Shown: piece after piece, positions 1-13,571 of the stretch | Layout of the letters: each line of letters starts with the position of its first letter | Position numbering within the stretch: the first letter of the stretch is position 1 | Source of the DNA: Dimorphilus gyrociliatus | Taxonomy: Eukaryota; Animalia; Annelida | Direction of reading: 5' to 3' | DNA length: 64,000 nucleotides | NCBI GenBank assembly: GCA_904063045.1 | Contig: CAJFCJ010000002.1 | Coordinates: 4,211,891 to 4,275,890, forward strand | Position numbers and translations under genes: made by a program | Notes under the pieces: generated by a model | Databases searched by the model: none | Seen by the model: only the letters and a program-made list of their open reading frames with translations | Told to the model about the DNA's origin: nothing

Positions 1-3000
1 TACTAGTTGACTCTTTTGCTCAGGTGACATTCTTGCGAAAACAGCTCCTCTAGTAATAATTCGAGATAACAATTCAGAATAATTTTCTCGTAATATTGCG
101 TAAGTTTTCCCTGATAGGGCGAATAAATATTTTCTATCGGAACATTTTGCCTCTTCAAGATGGTAAAAAGGTTCCATATCTGATTCAAATATTGAACTAC
201 CATCTTCGGACTCTTCGTTGCTTACGTTTTCGTGGAATTTATAAGTTAAATTTGGCGGATTTAATTGGCCATTTACAATAATAACTGGTCGTTTTCCCGG
301 TGCGATACCACATTGTCTTGCAACACTTAAAGCTGTTAAAATATTATCACCTGAATAGGAAAATAACTTGTAAGTATTGAATAATAATTAAAATTCTATA
401 TTTACCTGTAACCATAACAGTTTTAATATCAGCCTTATTAAGTTTTGTAATAACAGGTGTAGTTTGAGGCTTAAGTCTATTTTCCATTATTAATAGACCC
501 AGAAACTTCATACCGTATTCCAATTTTTCCCTAGACATCTTTTGAACATGATGCCAAGTTACCTTTTTATCTAATGCTTTCCAAGCTATCGCTAGAACTC
601 GAAAACCTTTCTTTGTATATTGTTGTAAACGTGCCTGGAAATCCTCGGGAACTAAAAAAAAATATTTCCTATTAGCAAGTCCACATTTTGATTTAAAAAA
701 GAGTAGCGTTTCATTAAATCCTACCAGTTGCTGGATCACATAGAGAAGCGATTTTTTCCGGTGCTCCTTTACAATACAAGTCCATATGACTAGCTCGTAA
801 AGTTCTTGTAACTACCGACATCCTCTGGAGAGATGACGAAAAGGCGAATTGTTTTATAATTCCAACTTCAAATGGTAGCTGAAGAAAGATTTAAAATGGC
901 GATTCAATAATAATAAAAAATTGAATTTCTTTATTTGTTAAACTAATAACTGGTAGAAAAAGAAAGGATAAGTAGGTAAAGAACCACAACCACTTACATT
1001 AAAGTCTAGAAAATTAAATTCATTAAGGTTAAGGTGCGGCGAGTCAAGTCTCTGTAGAAAAATATACTATTATCGCTCGATAAACTTGGGACTTTTTAAT
1101 TGATACAATAGTCTATAAGCGCGAAGTAAATCAGACTATTCACTGAAACATAGCTAGTTTCGAGAAAATCATATTTTTCTGCGAACATACAGTTTTTAGC
1201 ACAACTAAGATGTAGCAAGCACGAAGCATCCAATGGTGAAATATTCCCAAAAGATTAATACTCCATTTTCTTATCTATAATACTTTGACTACTGCTGAAT
1301 AATAACAATACAAATGTAATAAAGGGAAAGTAAGCCTCTATAGGATTAGAAGATACATGATGTCACTGGACTATTACAAATATACAATATTCATATTGGA
1401 TTGAATAGCAATATAAATAGTATAGCATATAGATTAAATTCCCACAGAGTTCCACTAAAAATGCTAGCAAACAATTAGAAAAAATATTATATACTTTTGC
1501 TTGTGCTTCGTAATAAACATCACGAGATGTTGGCCTAACTACAGTTGGAGCAAGAGTTTCAAACTTTGATGAATCAGCTCCTGCTTCTTCAAGAACCTGT
1601 TGAAGCAATTTCGTTAACATCTTAAAAGCACAATACATAAAGTAAATATAAAATTACCCAATTAGTAGAATTAAACATGTTTAAATCAAGTGGATCTCCA
1701 GTTAATTTACCATCAATAATGGTAAGGGAATGGCAAGTAGCCATGGCTATTACAAAAGGTCCTAGAGAAGGTAAATCAGTTGGCTGCATAACGGACAGGG
1801 CAAGGCATTTTCCCTGTAGTGGAAGTACACCAAACAAGTCAAGACCATCTTCGGTTAATGTACCAGTCTAATAAAAAAGAATATAAATAAACCTATGAAC
1901 AGGGAAATGAAATTTACTAAGTTAATTACTTTATCAAAGCATATTAATTTCAATTTTCCGCAGATATTAATTCTTGCTGGACTAATGCAAAATATATTTT
2001 GTTTTTTTAATCTGGATTGTGAATAAATAGTTCCGATAGTCATAGCGGCTGGTAAACCAGGTGGAACAACAATTGTCACAATATCTAGAGCTCTAATTAC
2101 AACCTTGCCGTACTTAACTTTTAAGTATATCTGAAGATAATAAACTTAAGCATTTTCATAACGAATAATTGTGCGGTAAATAATAATCACCAAATTCCAA
2201 ATGCTATAGGCCATTCCTATGACAGCCAGACAGCCTAACGCCCCAATAAATTTCATACTATCTTGATAGAACTTAAATCCAACAGGTTTTGGAAATAGAA
2301 TAGAACAGATAAGTTCTCCCTTCGCTGTCGAAAAGCCTATTAGAGGAAAAATTATATTTAGAGAACTCTTATATTTCATTAGAAATATTCTTTCTAGCCT
2401 GTCCTTACGACAACAGCTTTTACTGTGCCTTCACCGTAAAACCTCGTTTGGATCACTGTCGTACCTAAATATGAAATATTATCGCCCTTAATTATTCTCC
2501 TATGATCAAAATATTCTTTTACCAGCAAAAAGAGTGTGCAACTTGTGATTTTCCGGAGAATATTGCTCGTTTCCCTCTGACGGCGTTAAGGAAGTTTTCG
2601 TGACGGGAACAGATTCACCGGTTAGCATACTTTCGTTAACTATTGCGTTACCAGTTAAAAGAACAGCATCACATGTCATAACTAATCCTTTCCTTGGTAG
2701 AATTATAACATCACCGGGTACTAGGGTGGTTACATCAACAGTTGCTTTATGACCTTCATCATTAAGAATTTCTATGAAGAATCCTTCAGAACTACCAACC
2801 ATATCTCGCAATGTTTCACTTTGCTAGATTACGTAATGTTAAATAAACGATATTAATCAATCAACTCATTAAAGGTAAACTTTAAATTTACCTTTCTTGT
2901 TTCATAAAGGGATATCCCAATGGATATTAAAGACATAAGGCATATGCATGACGCATAATAATAATATTCATCAGCCATCCATAAAGAAATGGAAAATATT

Positions 3001-4357
3001 TGAAAAATATAGAATGGATTCAAAACTTCTTCAATAAAAAGCTTAAAATAACTTTTAACATCTATTTTTATTCTATTTTCTCCAAAAACTCTTAATCTAT
3101 AAGAATAGAAAAATGTCTAGAATAAATGAATTAATATAGTATTTATAATAAATCACTTGTCTCTTCTATGATCATCGGACAAACCATTACAATTATCGTG
3201 GATGTAGGCACAAGTATAACCTTCGTCTAGGCCTCTGGATGAAATTAAATTATTAAGTTAATATAGTCAAAATAACATATATAAATAATTGAAATATATA
3301 CTTTAATTCGGTAAAATAATTAGATTCTTCGTCCCAATAGTAACGGGTGTGTTTATGATCAAAGTATCTTAAAATTTGATCCTAAAGAAGAAAATATAGT
3401 AAACGTTTGTTTGCTATTTATAGCAAACAAATAATGTAAAGTTTTACTAACTTTAGGTTCAGTGTTCGAAGAGAAGTTCTTACTAAAACATATTAATACA
3501 AATAAGGATCATAAATAGCATGACATATCGAAATGTATCATTAACTTACACTCCATAATCGATAAATTGAAATTGGACTTTTTCTACAAAACTAGTTCGG
3601 TAATTGTTAGTGATAATGACTACTTCCGCTGAAGTTAGACAACATCTGGCCATTTTTAACTTGACTTTTAAATTTGGTTTCCAATAGAAAATTAAATATA
3701 AAATTCCAAGAGAAAGGCAAATGCATATCCAATATAGAATTGAACGACTCGTCGATGACTTAAATCCTTCCAGTTTCTATTAGTTAAACCAATTTTTAAA
3801 CTAATATTAAAATTCAAAAGTCAGTAGAAAGAGTATTTACCATTTCATCATCAATATCATCATTTATATAAGATTCAGGAACTCCTCCTTGGTCAATAAT
3901 GGAATACTGAACTTCACCTGATGTTACCAAAAGAATAGTAGAATAAAAATTTTATTGATTTATATTATACTAAAATTTTGATTTGAATTGAATTCTAAAT
4001 GAAACAGTTGCAAAATAGTAGACTGGTATTGAGCAATCAATTTAAAAATTGTTTTAACAATTACTCTCATCATGTGGTGAAACCAATACATTTATTTTAT
4101 TTTTAAAACTGTGGTTTGATTCTTATTGAAATTTGCAATGGAAAAATGTCTGTATTTTTCCGAGAAGGAAATGTTCTGTTAGATATTAAAGATACATTTC
4201 ATCTATTCACGCAATTGTTAAAAACACAACAACGAATTTAAAAAACTACACGAAAAGAAGGGAAAAAAGCGATCACTTTACTAGGCAGGCCGATAAGACA
4301 ATATTTAAGGTAGAAAGATTATAACTTTTAAAAAAACTTACCTTGAACGATTGCCAT
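1..4357 (-). CDS. ATP13A3: P5B-type (polyamine-transporting) cation ATPase, ATP13A2/3/4/5 family; multi-exon, 3' end runs off the left edge
   Basis: Spliced translation gives LTGES (A domain), PPGLPAAM (TM4), CFDK|TGTLT (phosphorylation site), KGAPE, MVTG|DN and ARMSPEQK. The N-terminus ([20 protein letters not shown]...[13 protein letters not shown]) matches P5B ATPases. Putative ATG at 4357, first exon 4357-4342 ending in a GTAAGT donor, then 3917-3841, 3776-3550 and further exons. The symbol marks the family; the exact orthologue is uncertain. Confidence 0.95.
998..1051 (-). other. 54-nt symmetric in-frame exon of the P5B-ATPase ([18 protein letters not shown]), candidate cassette exon
   Basis: Acceptor ttttctacAG and donor GTAAGT. 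Length is 54 nt, phase 0-0, with no stop, inside the otherwise ~630-nt intron between ...EAQAK and LPFEVG... Confidence 0.7.
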
Positions 4358-5208
4358 TTCGAGGCCAGAGTCAAAACCATAGGTAATATATTGAATTTTA
4401 AGTCATGATAAACCAAAACAATAATCCATTGTCCTGTACGTGGAGCTGGAGTATTAAGGAACGCCATCTGTTATATAAAATAATTTCTACTTGAAGAATC
4501 TTCAAAACGAAACTACCAATTCTATAGCAAGAAAATTGATATTAACCATTTTAATTATAGTAGGAATTTAAGCAGATTTTCAACATCTATTTAAAAAGCA
4601 CTTGAAATTCATTCAACATGACTTATTTTGTCAACAGATTGTAGATTTGCGAATGTTTTTTCATGTTTACAAACACGAAAACAAGATTCAAAAGTTCATA
4701 AAATAAGTATTTTCTTCGATAAAAGGGGAAAAACAACAATGTTTTTTATCTCATTTATTTCAATGGAATTATACTCAAAAATACATCTATCTGGCTAACA
4801 TTTTAGCGATAAAAGAAAGAGAAACGACCGAATGTTCGAGTTAATGATTTGCGTTATTTAAAGAAAACAACAAATTGTATGCTTTTTTCGGTATGGAAAT
4901 GTATTAATACGTTAAAAAATTGTCTAAATTTTCAAATACTATTTTTGAAACTACGTTTTCTTCTGGTTAAAATTACAAGAAATACTTTAAAACTGCAAAG
5001 TTGGCAAGGAGGGAAATAGGAAGTATGAGATGAGGGAAGGAAGAAGGAAAGATATTGAGATTAGGTACTTAAGTCAATAGTGATCGTTAGTTATTGATAA
5101 ATCTTTTGCTTCTAATATAGTTCCTTCATTTGTTTAAACTTTTTCTTTTTTAGGCTATTCACACTCATATATATATATTTGCACTTGTATATATGTACAT
5201 ATATAGAG

Positions 5209-6399
5209 CTAATGCCTTGAAAAAGTTCTAGATAACCTTCTAAATGATCTTGAGAAAAATCTTCCTACTCTAACTAGAGCCGGTGTCTTAGCTCCTTTGA
5301 AGGATTTCGAAGGTGCTATGGTTTCACATTGACCTTCCTCAGTATGATTTTTAACATCTTCGCAATCTTTAAAATCATCGGTTAGATCCAAATATGACAC
5401 ATCACTAAAATCAGATTCGTGGAGAGAACAAATAGAGTTATAGTCAGTATCTGAGGTAACAGATCTTTCGTCACTACAAAAACTTTCACTACCGTCTAAT
5501 GCAGGATTATGTGCTTGCCATTGAGTCCATAAAAGTCTCCTTTCATCGTATATTTCTTGAAAAACACTAAAATCACCTCCTTTCAATCTTTCGATAAATT
5601 TGTGAAAACTACTTCCATCTAAGTTGATAATATCGAAATTACCCCAAGATGGATCATTCATATTAGGTTCTCGAAGAAGGAATATAAGACCTTGTACAAC
5701 GGCTTCAAAATTTTGTGATCCCAAGTTCCAAAAATCCAGTAAATTTAAACATATTTCTCCATCGGGAGGGCTAATATTTGGATGAAAAATAGGTGTTTCA
5801 CAATATAGCTCTGGTGGACATTCGGGATAATTGGCGAGGTCGGAAAGCTGTAATAAGTTGAAAAACTTTTAATTATTAATCAAAGAGATTTATAATAACT
5901 AATCCTTATACGAGATATAGATGGATATGGTATAAATATACAGTATATACAATATATATATACTGTATATACTAATGTATATATATATATATATATATAT
6001 TTACATCTATAGTTACAAATACAGTGCGATACACACGTATGCTTTATTAATATAAATAAGAATACTGTTATATAACCTATTGATTCAATTGAAAAGTAAT
6101 TAAGAAATTTTGAAGAACAAGCAAAGAATATTATATCAGATATAACCATACATCTCTCTTACACTCCATATATCTATCTATTAGTCTCTCTATCTCTCTG
6201 TATCTCTTCATCTACCTATTCATTCATCTTTTTGTATCTTTATTAACAGGATTCTTCAGGGGTTTTTCCGTTACATAATCTCTCATGAAAATTCTTCTGA
6301 GTAAAAATAGAGTTTTAATTCTAATTAAATTCATTTTCATCTGAAATGAATTATTCATTACCTCTTTTTATAAACACAATAAGAATATATATATAAATT

Positions 6400-6488
<89 letters not shown>

Positions 6489-6796
6489 AAAAGTAGAGAT
6501 TTGGATTATAACCAATTGAATTGCTTTGCAATATGATAATATTTAAATACTGTTTGTGTTATTTATGATGAATAGTGAATTAATTATTTAGATAAATACT
6601 TAAATGGTAGAAAAACTTGTTTTACCCTAAAAACATTTGCTATTCCTTCATACGGGCCGTCTTTCATCACAATTTTCAACTTGATAAACTTAAAATTCTC
6701 GTCGTACGAATGTATTTCAGCTTGACCATCAGATATATATTCCAGGTTTCGTTGTAATTTAAAAAAATCTCTTGGCAGACGTCCTGCACCAGCCAT
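5209..6796 (-). CDS. Ubiquitin-conjugating enzyme E2 with long acidic-then-basic C-terminal extension (2 coding exons: 6796-6626, 5847-5209; ~269 aa)
   Basis: Spliced protein contains RLPRDF, DGPYEG, YPECPPELYCETPIFHPNI, catalytic Cys in GEICLNLL, and LLREPNMNDP. The phase-0 GT-AG intron joins the two ORFs. Confidence 0.92.
6407..6480. repeat. Compound (TA)n-(GA)n microsatellite in the E2 intron
   Basis: Directly visible dinucleotide runs. A further (TA)n lies at about 5978-6000. Confidence 0.95.
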
Positions 6797-8325
6797 GCTT
6801 TAAAATTTTCCTATTTAAATAAAGAATATGTATTAGTCATTAAATCTTGACAAAATACAGCCTTAGAAAAATTTCAAGTTGTAAATGGGCTCCTAAGCTT
6901 CCAAATGAGATTGTTTATCATATTATATATACATATTATAAAACAATCAAGCTTGCACACTTACAAGTACTCAGCAAAATATACGTAGTTATTTATCTAT
7001 CAGCAATACTTGTAATTATGGCGTAACAGTGAAGGGGTGAGTCATAAATGAATTCTCCTTTGTTGTATCATGTGACCTAAGAGGTCTATTCCTGTTGATT
7101 TTCTTCTGCTATACGACAAAGAATATTGGTTCATATTATATATTGGAAAGTAGTTATTATAAAGATAGAAAGCTACTTTTCTTCCTGTTCTCTACAAAGG
7201 CAAACTAAAAAATATATTTTCAAAGAACATGTTGTTCTTTAAATTACCAATTGATCCTTTTGTGACTTATAGACCACTCTTATTTCTAATCGTAAAATAA
7301 ACGTTAGCGATCAAAACAAATCAATTTTATAATAAACTAAAATAGCCAGGTGGTACTATTGATATTGCTAAGGCTTTTCCTCTATATTATATAATTTAAT
7401 AATAAAACTTTACTACTTGCTAATTCTTTCTTATGTATTATTAATATCACTTATAGTTTGTCTCGTTAGTAAATGATAAAATTTAAATAAAAGCAAAATT
7501 GATCAATTTTTTTCCCTTCTTTCTTCTTTCGTTTGTTTTCTTTTCTTTTTATTAATAATACATGTTTTATTTCAATTTTGAAACAATTAAATACATTTCA
7601 AGCTTTTCTTTCCTTTGTATTTTTTCCCCTCCATTCGATTATGGAGAAAAAAATCACCTCTTCACTTAACAAAAAGGGAACAGTAATAGTTTAGTAGTTT
7701 TTCTCTTTCTCTCTCACCTTGGTAACAAATTCAAAAATCAATTGAATACAAAAATAGATCATTGATTTAGATTTTGCTTTTGTTTCTTGGCTTTTTTCCC
7801 CTTCCTTTCCTCTCTTTCTCTCCACGATGTTTTATTATGGGTTCTTTGCGCTTAATTTTTCTTACTCCTTATTAATAGAAGAGGAGCTTTCCTTAATTTA
7901 ATTGGTTATCATTAAAACCTGTTGACAGTTTGCTTCTTTATATTTAGAATAGGAGTTGTTCATTCCCATAATTATCACGACTGCTAACTTTGCATTTTCA
8001 ACTTATACATCAATACTTTGTAATTAAGTAAATGTAAATGGGCTTTTAATAAAAGTTTGAAATGTTATAACAAATGCTTGTTAACGAATAAATGTAGCAA
8101 ACCCCAAAGATGGCGTTGAAAAGCTGATTCTAATAATTGAGAAACACCAGTAAATTTTTTTACCACGAATACTTCCTTCAAATGGTCTGTTTAAAATAAA
8201 TAATCATATATTAGAAGATGCTTGTAGTTTGACCTTTAAAGATGAAATAAAAAACGTAAAGTCTTCCCTTCTAATATTTCTGATTTCTAAGAAATAAAGT
8301 AATTTTAAAATACTTACACATAGTT

Positions 8326-8358
8326 TCTCTCTCTCTCTCTCTCTCTCTCGCTCTCTCT
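8326..8358. repeat. (CT)n microsatellite
   Basis: Directly visible. Confidence 0.95.
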
Positions 8359-11300
8359 GAAATTTTCACTTAATAATCCGGGTGTGTAAAAATATATATG
8401 ACCTATTTTCATTTGGTAAAAAAACTGTTGTTTTATTTAACTAATGAATACAATTTTCCTTGTTTTCATTTAGAGACAGATAGAAGCTCTAAAAACAAAG
8501 CAACAACAACAAAGCCTTATATCTTCTAACAAATGATAATTACACCACCAGATTTCTGTCTGTACGAGATTTAAACTTATTAACGTTTTCTTAATTAAAA
8601 ATTTAAGGTGAGAGAGTGCTTTACTTCTAATAGCTGAGCCAAGTATCCCCTATTTATTGGAGAATAAGAGGGTCAGCTTGTCGTCATAATTGGATTTTAA
8701 GTGTAGAATTGAAAATGCTCTATCGACAAAAAGACATGTTTTGGAATTTGTATAATAGAAAACTGTTCTTTAAGTAAGATTTTCAGTTTATCAACTCTTT
8801 CAAACTTCTAAATCCAAGGCATTGACTGGATAGGCAACAGCTTGAGATACGTTCGACATTTGTATTGTGATACTATAGCTAGAAGAAAAAAAAGGTGAAC
8901 CTCATCTGCTACTTTACATATTTCTTGGAAATTTGTCACAATTGTAGAAACTGCTCCAATTTTCTCATTCTCTCTTAAAATGGAAATAATAAGTATAACT
9001 CTGTAAACCTAAAAAGTAACTCAATATTATTTATCCAATTTACTTCTAGATTTTTTTAAGCGCATGAAATATTCATTTACTCTGCAATCTGAAATTCAAG
9101 GAAAGATTATTCTTTTTTTAGATGTTTTTGTCCAATTTCTAGTTAAAATTTAAGCCTAGAAATTAAAAATTTTAACTCTACTCTATTAAAAGTTCTTTAA
9201 AATTTCTAAAACAAAGATGACTAGTATTTAAAAAACATTAAAAAAACTGTCCAGTCACATGTGTGCCGTTTAAAGCCCAAAATAAAATAATTTATTAAAA
9301 ATACAAACAATATATAAACAGATACGAATGTTCAATAAACTCATATCTATTAATTTATTCGTAGTAAGCAATAATTTATTTATTATGCTATTTAAAAAAA
9401 TTAATCATATGCCTTTATGTTTATATTTTTTCTTTTGTTAACCTTTTCTCTCCCGTAAAATAATCTGAAATCTATGACGTCGATAAAAATATCGTAACCA
9501 CCTTCCTCCTAGTTACAAAAGAAAATAACTTTTCTTCATTAATAGATTAAAAATACAAGTATAAAAGCAGATTTTAGTAGTTCTTAAAGTAACGCTTCTT
9601 TCGGTGAGCTCTAATGGAATCTCTATACCGAATAGGTATTTAAAACTGGAAAATTATATTTTTTTTATATTAAAAAATACCTATTAAGTATCTATAATAA
9701 GTATTTATGTATAAAAACAGTACAAAAATCTTATATAATCATTATATATTAGCTTTTAGAAAGAATACGAAATATTTCAAGTTAAAGAACCTTTAAATGT
9801 TAAAAACTTCGAATGCTCTAGTTGAAATATAACATACCAGAGGAAAAATATTGTTAATGTATACTGTATTTGTATTATATTATAGCAAGCAGTAATTTAT
9901 TATTAGTATACTATATTCAATTTTCTCTAATAATGACTATATTTTAATAATCGGGAGGAGGAGGAAAAACATTCCTTAATGTTCTTAATGGAGGAAAAAC
10001 TTTCTCTAATCTTTCTTTAATAATTCATCATTCATCTTCGTCTTGGAAAAGCTTTATTTCATTATAGTTACTATTCATCTCTTAAACGTAGTTTATGGAT
10101 ATGTATCCGTTTTCATTTAATAAAATGAAATTGAAGTATTATTAAAAAACTTGCCTAGTTTAATATAAATAGGGTAATTTAAATGAAATTAATAGTCAAT
10201 TAGATAGAAAGCAGTCAGACTGACGTTTTAGTATCATTCATTCTAAAAGAAATTATTAATTAACACAAATTTTAAGAAAGTTTGGCATGGTTGAAGCGTT
10301 AATTCGTTGTGATTGTTGTCAAATACTCTATTACTTTATACTGCTGTATATCGATAAATTACAGGTAAGAAGATCAATAGAGTGTTCTAAAGATAAGGAA
10401 AATATCATTCTTTCTTTCTATCTTCCTCTTGTATATAACTATGAAAAGTATAGTATTTAATAATTGAGGAATCTAATATTTAGATTCTTTAACCACTCTA
10501 AATTTTACATTTAATATGATGTTATACATTTTACATGATGAAAAATGATTTTTTTTCTTTTAATAACATAGACATACAACAAGTATACTGGCTACACAAT
10601 ATATCACTCTGTTAAGCAACTAAACTATATGTTATATTTATAAATGGGCAGCTTTATTTTAAAATAGATTTTAGAAAATAATAGTCTATCATAGAATATG
10701 CTTATAAATTGAAATAAATAATCATCATCATCTCTTTTGTGAAAAACACAAAAATAACGATAATCCATGGAATATTACAGAGCATATTTATCATCTATAT
10801 ATATATGCAGTGTATTTATACCATAGTGTTTTTATATAATAGCAAAAAAATGTGTTATAGGATATCGTTAAATAATCTTTCAGATAGTATGATTTCCGAA
10901 ATAAGCACTGATTATCTACAAACTGATATATTATTACCTAATTATTATCTATTGTTGGCCTCGCCATTTTTATCAACTTCAAGTAATATCTGATTCAAAA
11001 TTCTCGCACCTAATTCTTTAATGAAAGAAAGCAGTTTGATTATATTCATATATGCAGTTTATAGATGTATTCAAAGCTTTTCGTCCTATATTAATAGCTT
11101 CGAAAAGACATTAAGTTGACGTTTTTCTTCCCTACCTTTAACTTAATGTATATTTCTTTACTATACATATAAAAAGAAATTGAGTAATATACATTTCATC
11201 TAATTGAATAGGGAGAATTTTCAATTAATCAAGGTGTTTTCAAAAAAAAAAGGAATATGTAAGTTAATTCTCTACTAAGAAATAAGTTAGATATCTCTGT

Positions 11301-12541
11301 CGTAAATAGCTGTTTACAAAGTGGAATATGTAGAAAATTCAATATACCGCAGTTTAGGTTTTTATAATGTCTAACTAAAAAAAACTTGATGAATTGGATA
11401 AAAAAATTAATAATTTTTCAAAAACTTTCCATTAAATAATGTACAAATTATGGATTTTAGATAAACTTTATATATTCATTCATCATATTATAAATAGAGT
11501 AGAAAAGATATTAAACTTATACAGTAAAACTACAAATATAAATTCGAAAACTGGAGTTTACCATCAAATGTTAAGAGAGAAAGTCTTTACGCAACAATTA
11601 TCGACATTGAACTTTGTTCTTTTCAACCTTTAAAATATTACACAAGCAAGCTTGATTAATATACAAACACTTATTGGTAAGGCCTAGAGTAAATTTTGCA
11701 TTTATAAGCATTGATCATAGAATGAAAAATAAATGTTATTTTTAAGTTTGTAGGTTTTATTATAGACTATTTTATATGTTTTCATCGTTTATAATGAGCT
11801 AATAGAATGCATTTGTTAGAGGGAGAATACTATACGCACTCACATCACTCTAGACATATAATTATATTAAGAGTGACGTCTTTTATTCCTAGACATCACA
11901 TGTCTTTGAATTTCTTTTGAAACTATAAAGAACTGTTGACATTTTAGTGTGATGTATATATTTGATTAATTAGTTTAGTTATAATTATTATACAGAAAGC
12001 CTTAATTATAATTACGAAACCCTCATATCCTCTTTTTTGTTGGGTTACATAAGTTCATGCCCAGCGTGATATGATGGATATATTAAGCATTTGTACATGA
12101 AAAAAAATGAATTCTTGGTTACTTTAACAATGTCAACGAATGTTGCTATAAAAGCTAAGTTTTACACACAAAAACTTGTGTAATTGGAACGTGGTAGACT
12201 TGAGTGACATAATACATTCATTGATACAAACTGTAATTAACACAATGTCAAAGCCGTTGTTGTTGATTGGCTAATAAAGGATCTAAGGGTAGGCATTAGA
12301 CAATGAAATCTTTGAACATGGACTGATTAATGCAAAACTTGAAGAAATCATTTGGAGATTGTAATAACATTAGGCGTAAATTGGAAATTTCTTTCTGCCT
12401 CTTGGAGATATTAAAGCTCATCCTTTTCATTGAAAATGTATGAACAGGGTATAAAAAAAATATAAAAAAAAAGCCTTGAATATGCCAGCTGACTTTTTTT
12501 TATATTCCACAACACCTGCCTTTAACAGCTACTATAGTAGA

Positions 12542-12553
12542 TAGATGGCGCTG
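12542..12553 (+). promoter_or_regulatory. CTCF-like motif TAGATGGCGCTG upstream of BTG
   Basis: Matches the bilaterian CTCF core AG(A/G)(T/G)GGCGC. It is one of about eight similar GC-rich motifs 5' of genes in this window. Confidence 0.5.
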
Positions 12554-13025
12554 TTATTCATAAATTAAACCTATATTTTACTAGAGAGGGTGTTTGGACA
12601 ATATTAAATATACACCGCTACTACAATTTTTTTGTTTTGACGGAAATTTGTCTATCTATTATGCTATTTCTAAAGGAAAACTAAGAATTTTCTTTTTTTG
12701 TCCAAGAGTAACCTACATGCACTAAAAACTTGTTCATTGAGCCGGTATTTTTTAACATCTGCTGCACTCATCAATCGTTGCATATCATTATACAATATCT
12801 CGAGACATTTTTTAGTAATCTTGGTAAAATTTAGATGAGTACTAGCTTATACGTGCCAAGTACGCGTGCTCGACCACTAATTAATAAAGGACGACAAAGA
12901 AAGCGTCTTTCTGACCCGACCTTGAACTCCCCTTGTTTACTAACTTGTCCGGAAATATACCGCGAATCGGCCATGTTAAACTCATAAATATTCATAACCC
13001 TCGAACAAAGAGATAGCAAGCCTGT

Positions 13026-13058
13026 GATTGGGTAGATCCGAAACGAGACCTGACGTCA
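13026..13058 (+). promoter_or_regulatory. BTG proximal promoter: inverted CCAAT box (GATTGG) and perfect CRE (TGACGTCA at 13051-13058)
   Basis: Exact motif matches 75-110 nt upstream of the ATG in a locally GC-enriched segment. Confidence 0.6.
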
Positions 13059-13133
13059 CGACTACTTGAGCTAATGCGCAGTGAGAATACGGCCACAACA
13101 ACAGCGACCAGTAGTCAGTGAAGTTAACCAACT

Positions 13134-13571
13134 ATGCTCCAAGAAATCAGGAACGCCGTCGATTTTATAACAACTGTCCTTTTAAAGCGCCAGTCCGTCT
13201 CTGAAAATATATGCGAAAAATTTAATATTACGTTAATCGACGCCTTTAAACAACGTTTTAGGGAACATTGGTTTCCTGAATCACCCGACCGAGGCTCCGC
13301 TTATCGGTGTGTTCGCATTAACTACGATATGGACCCAATTCTGAGTAAAGTCTGTGCAAAAATTGGATTGGATATAAATCTTCTTAAATCGTCTCTGCCC
13401 TACGAAATCACAGTTTGGATCGATCCGGAGGAAGTTTGCTACAGGATAGGAGAAGACGGTTCTATTGGTGTTTTGTACGCTTCGAAACAGGAGATGACGC
13501 AAAGATCCTGCAAACGAGAAGCGTCCCCGGTACAACGTCTTCAAATGGCTCAACCCGTTTACGCAAGTTAA
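13134..13571 (+). CDS. BTG1: BTG/Tob family antiproliferative / deadenylation adaptor, BTG1/2-like, intronless, 145 aa
   Basis: Box A (HWFPESPDRGSAYRCVRIN), Box B (LPYEITVWIDPEEVCYRIGE) and a Box C-like segment (DGSIGVLY). There is no Tob-type long tail. Confidence 0.95.
   Translation: MLQEIRNAVDFITTVLLKRQSVSENICEKFNITLIDAFKQRFREHWFPESPDRGSAYRCVRINYDMDPILSKVCAKIGLDINLLKSSLPYEITVWIDPEEVCYRIGEDGSIGVLYASKQEMTQRSCKREASPVQRLQMAQPVYAS

Noticed and set aside
4273-4467. 64-aa ORF as the P5B-ATPase N-terminus
   Set aside because: Its phase at the donor does not fit the next exon. The ATG at 4357 does, so this ORF was treated as a possible uORF.
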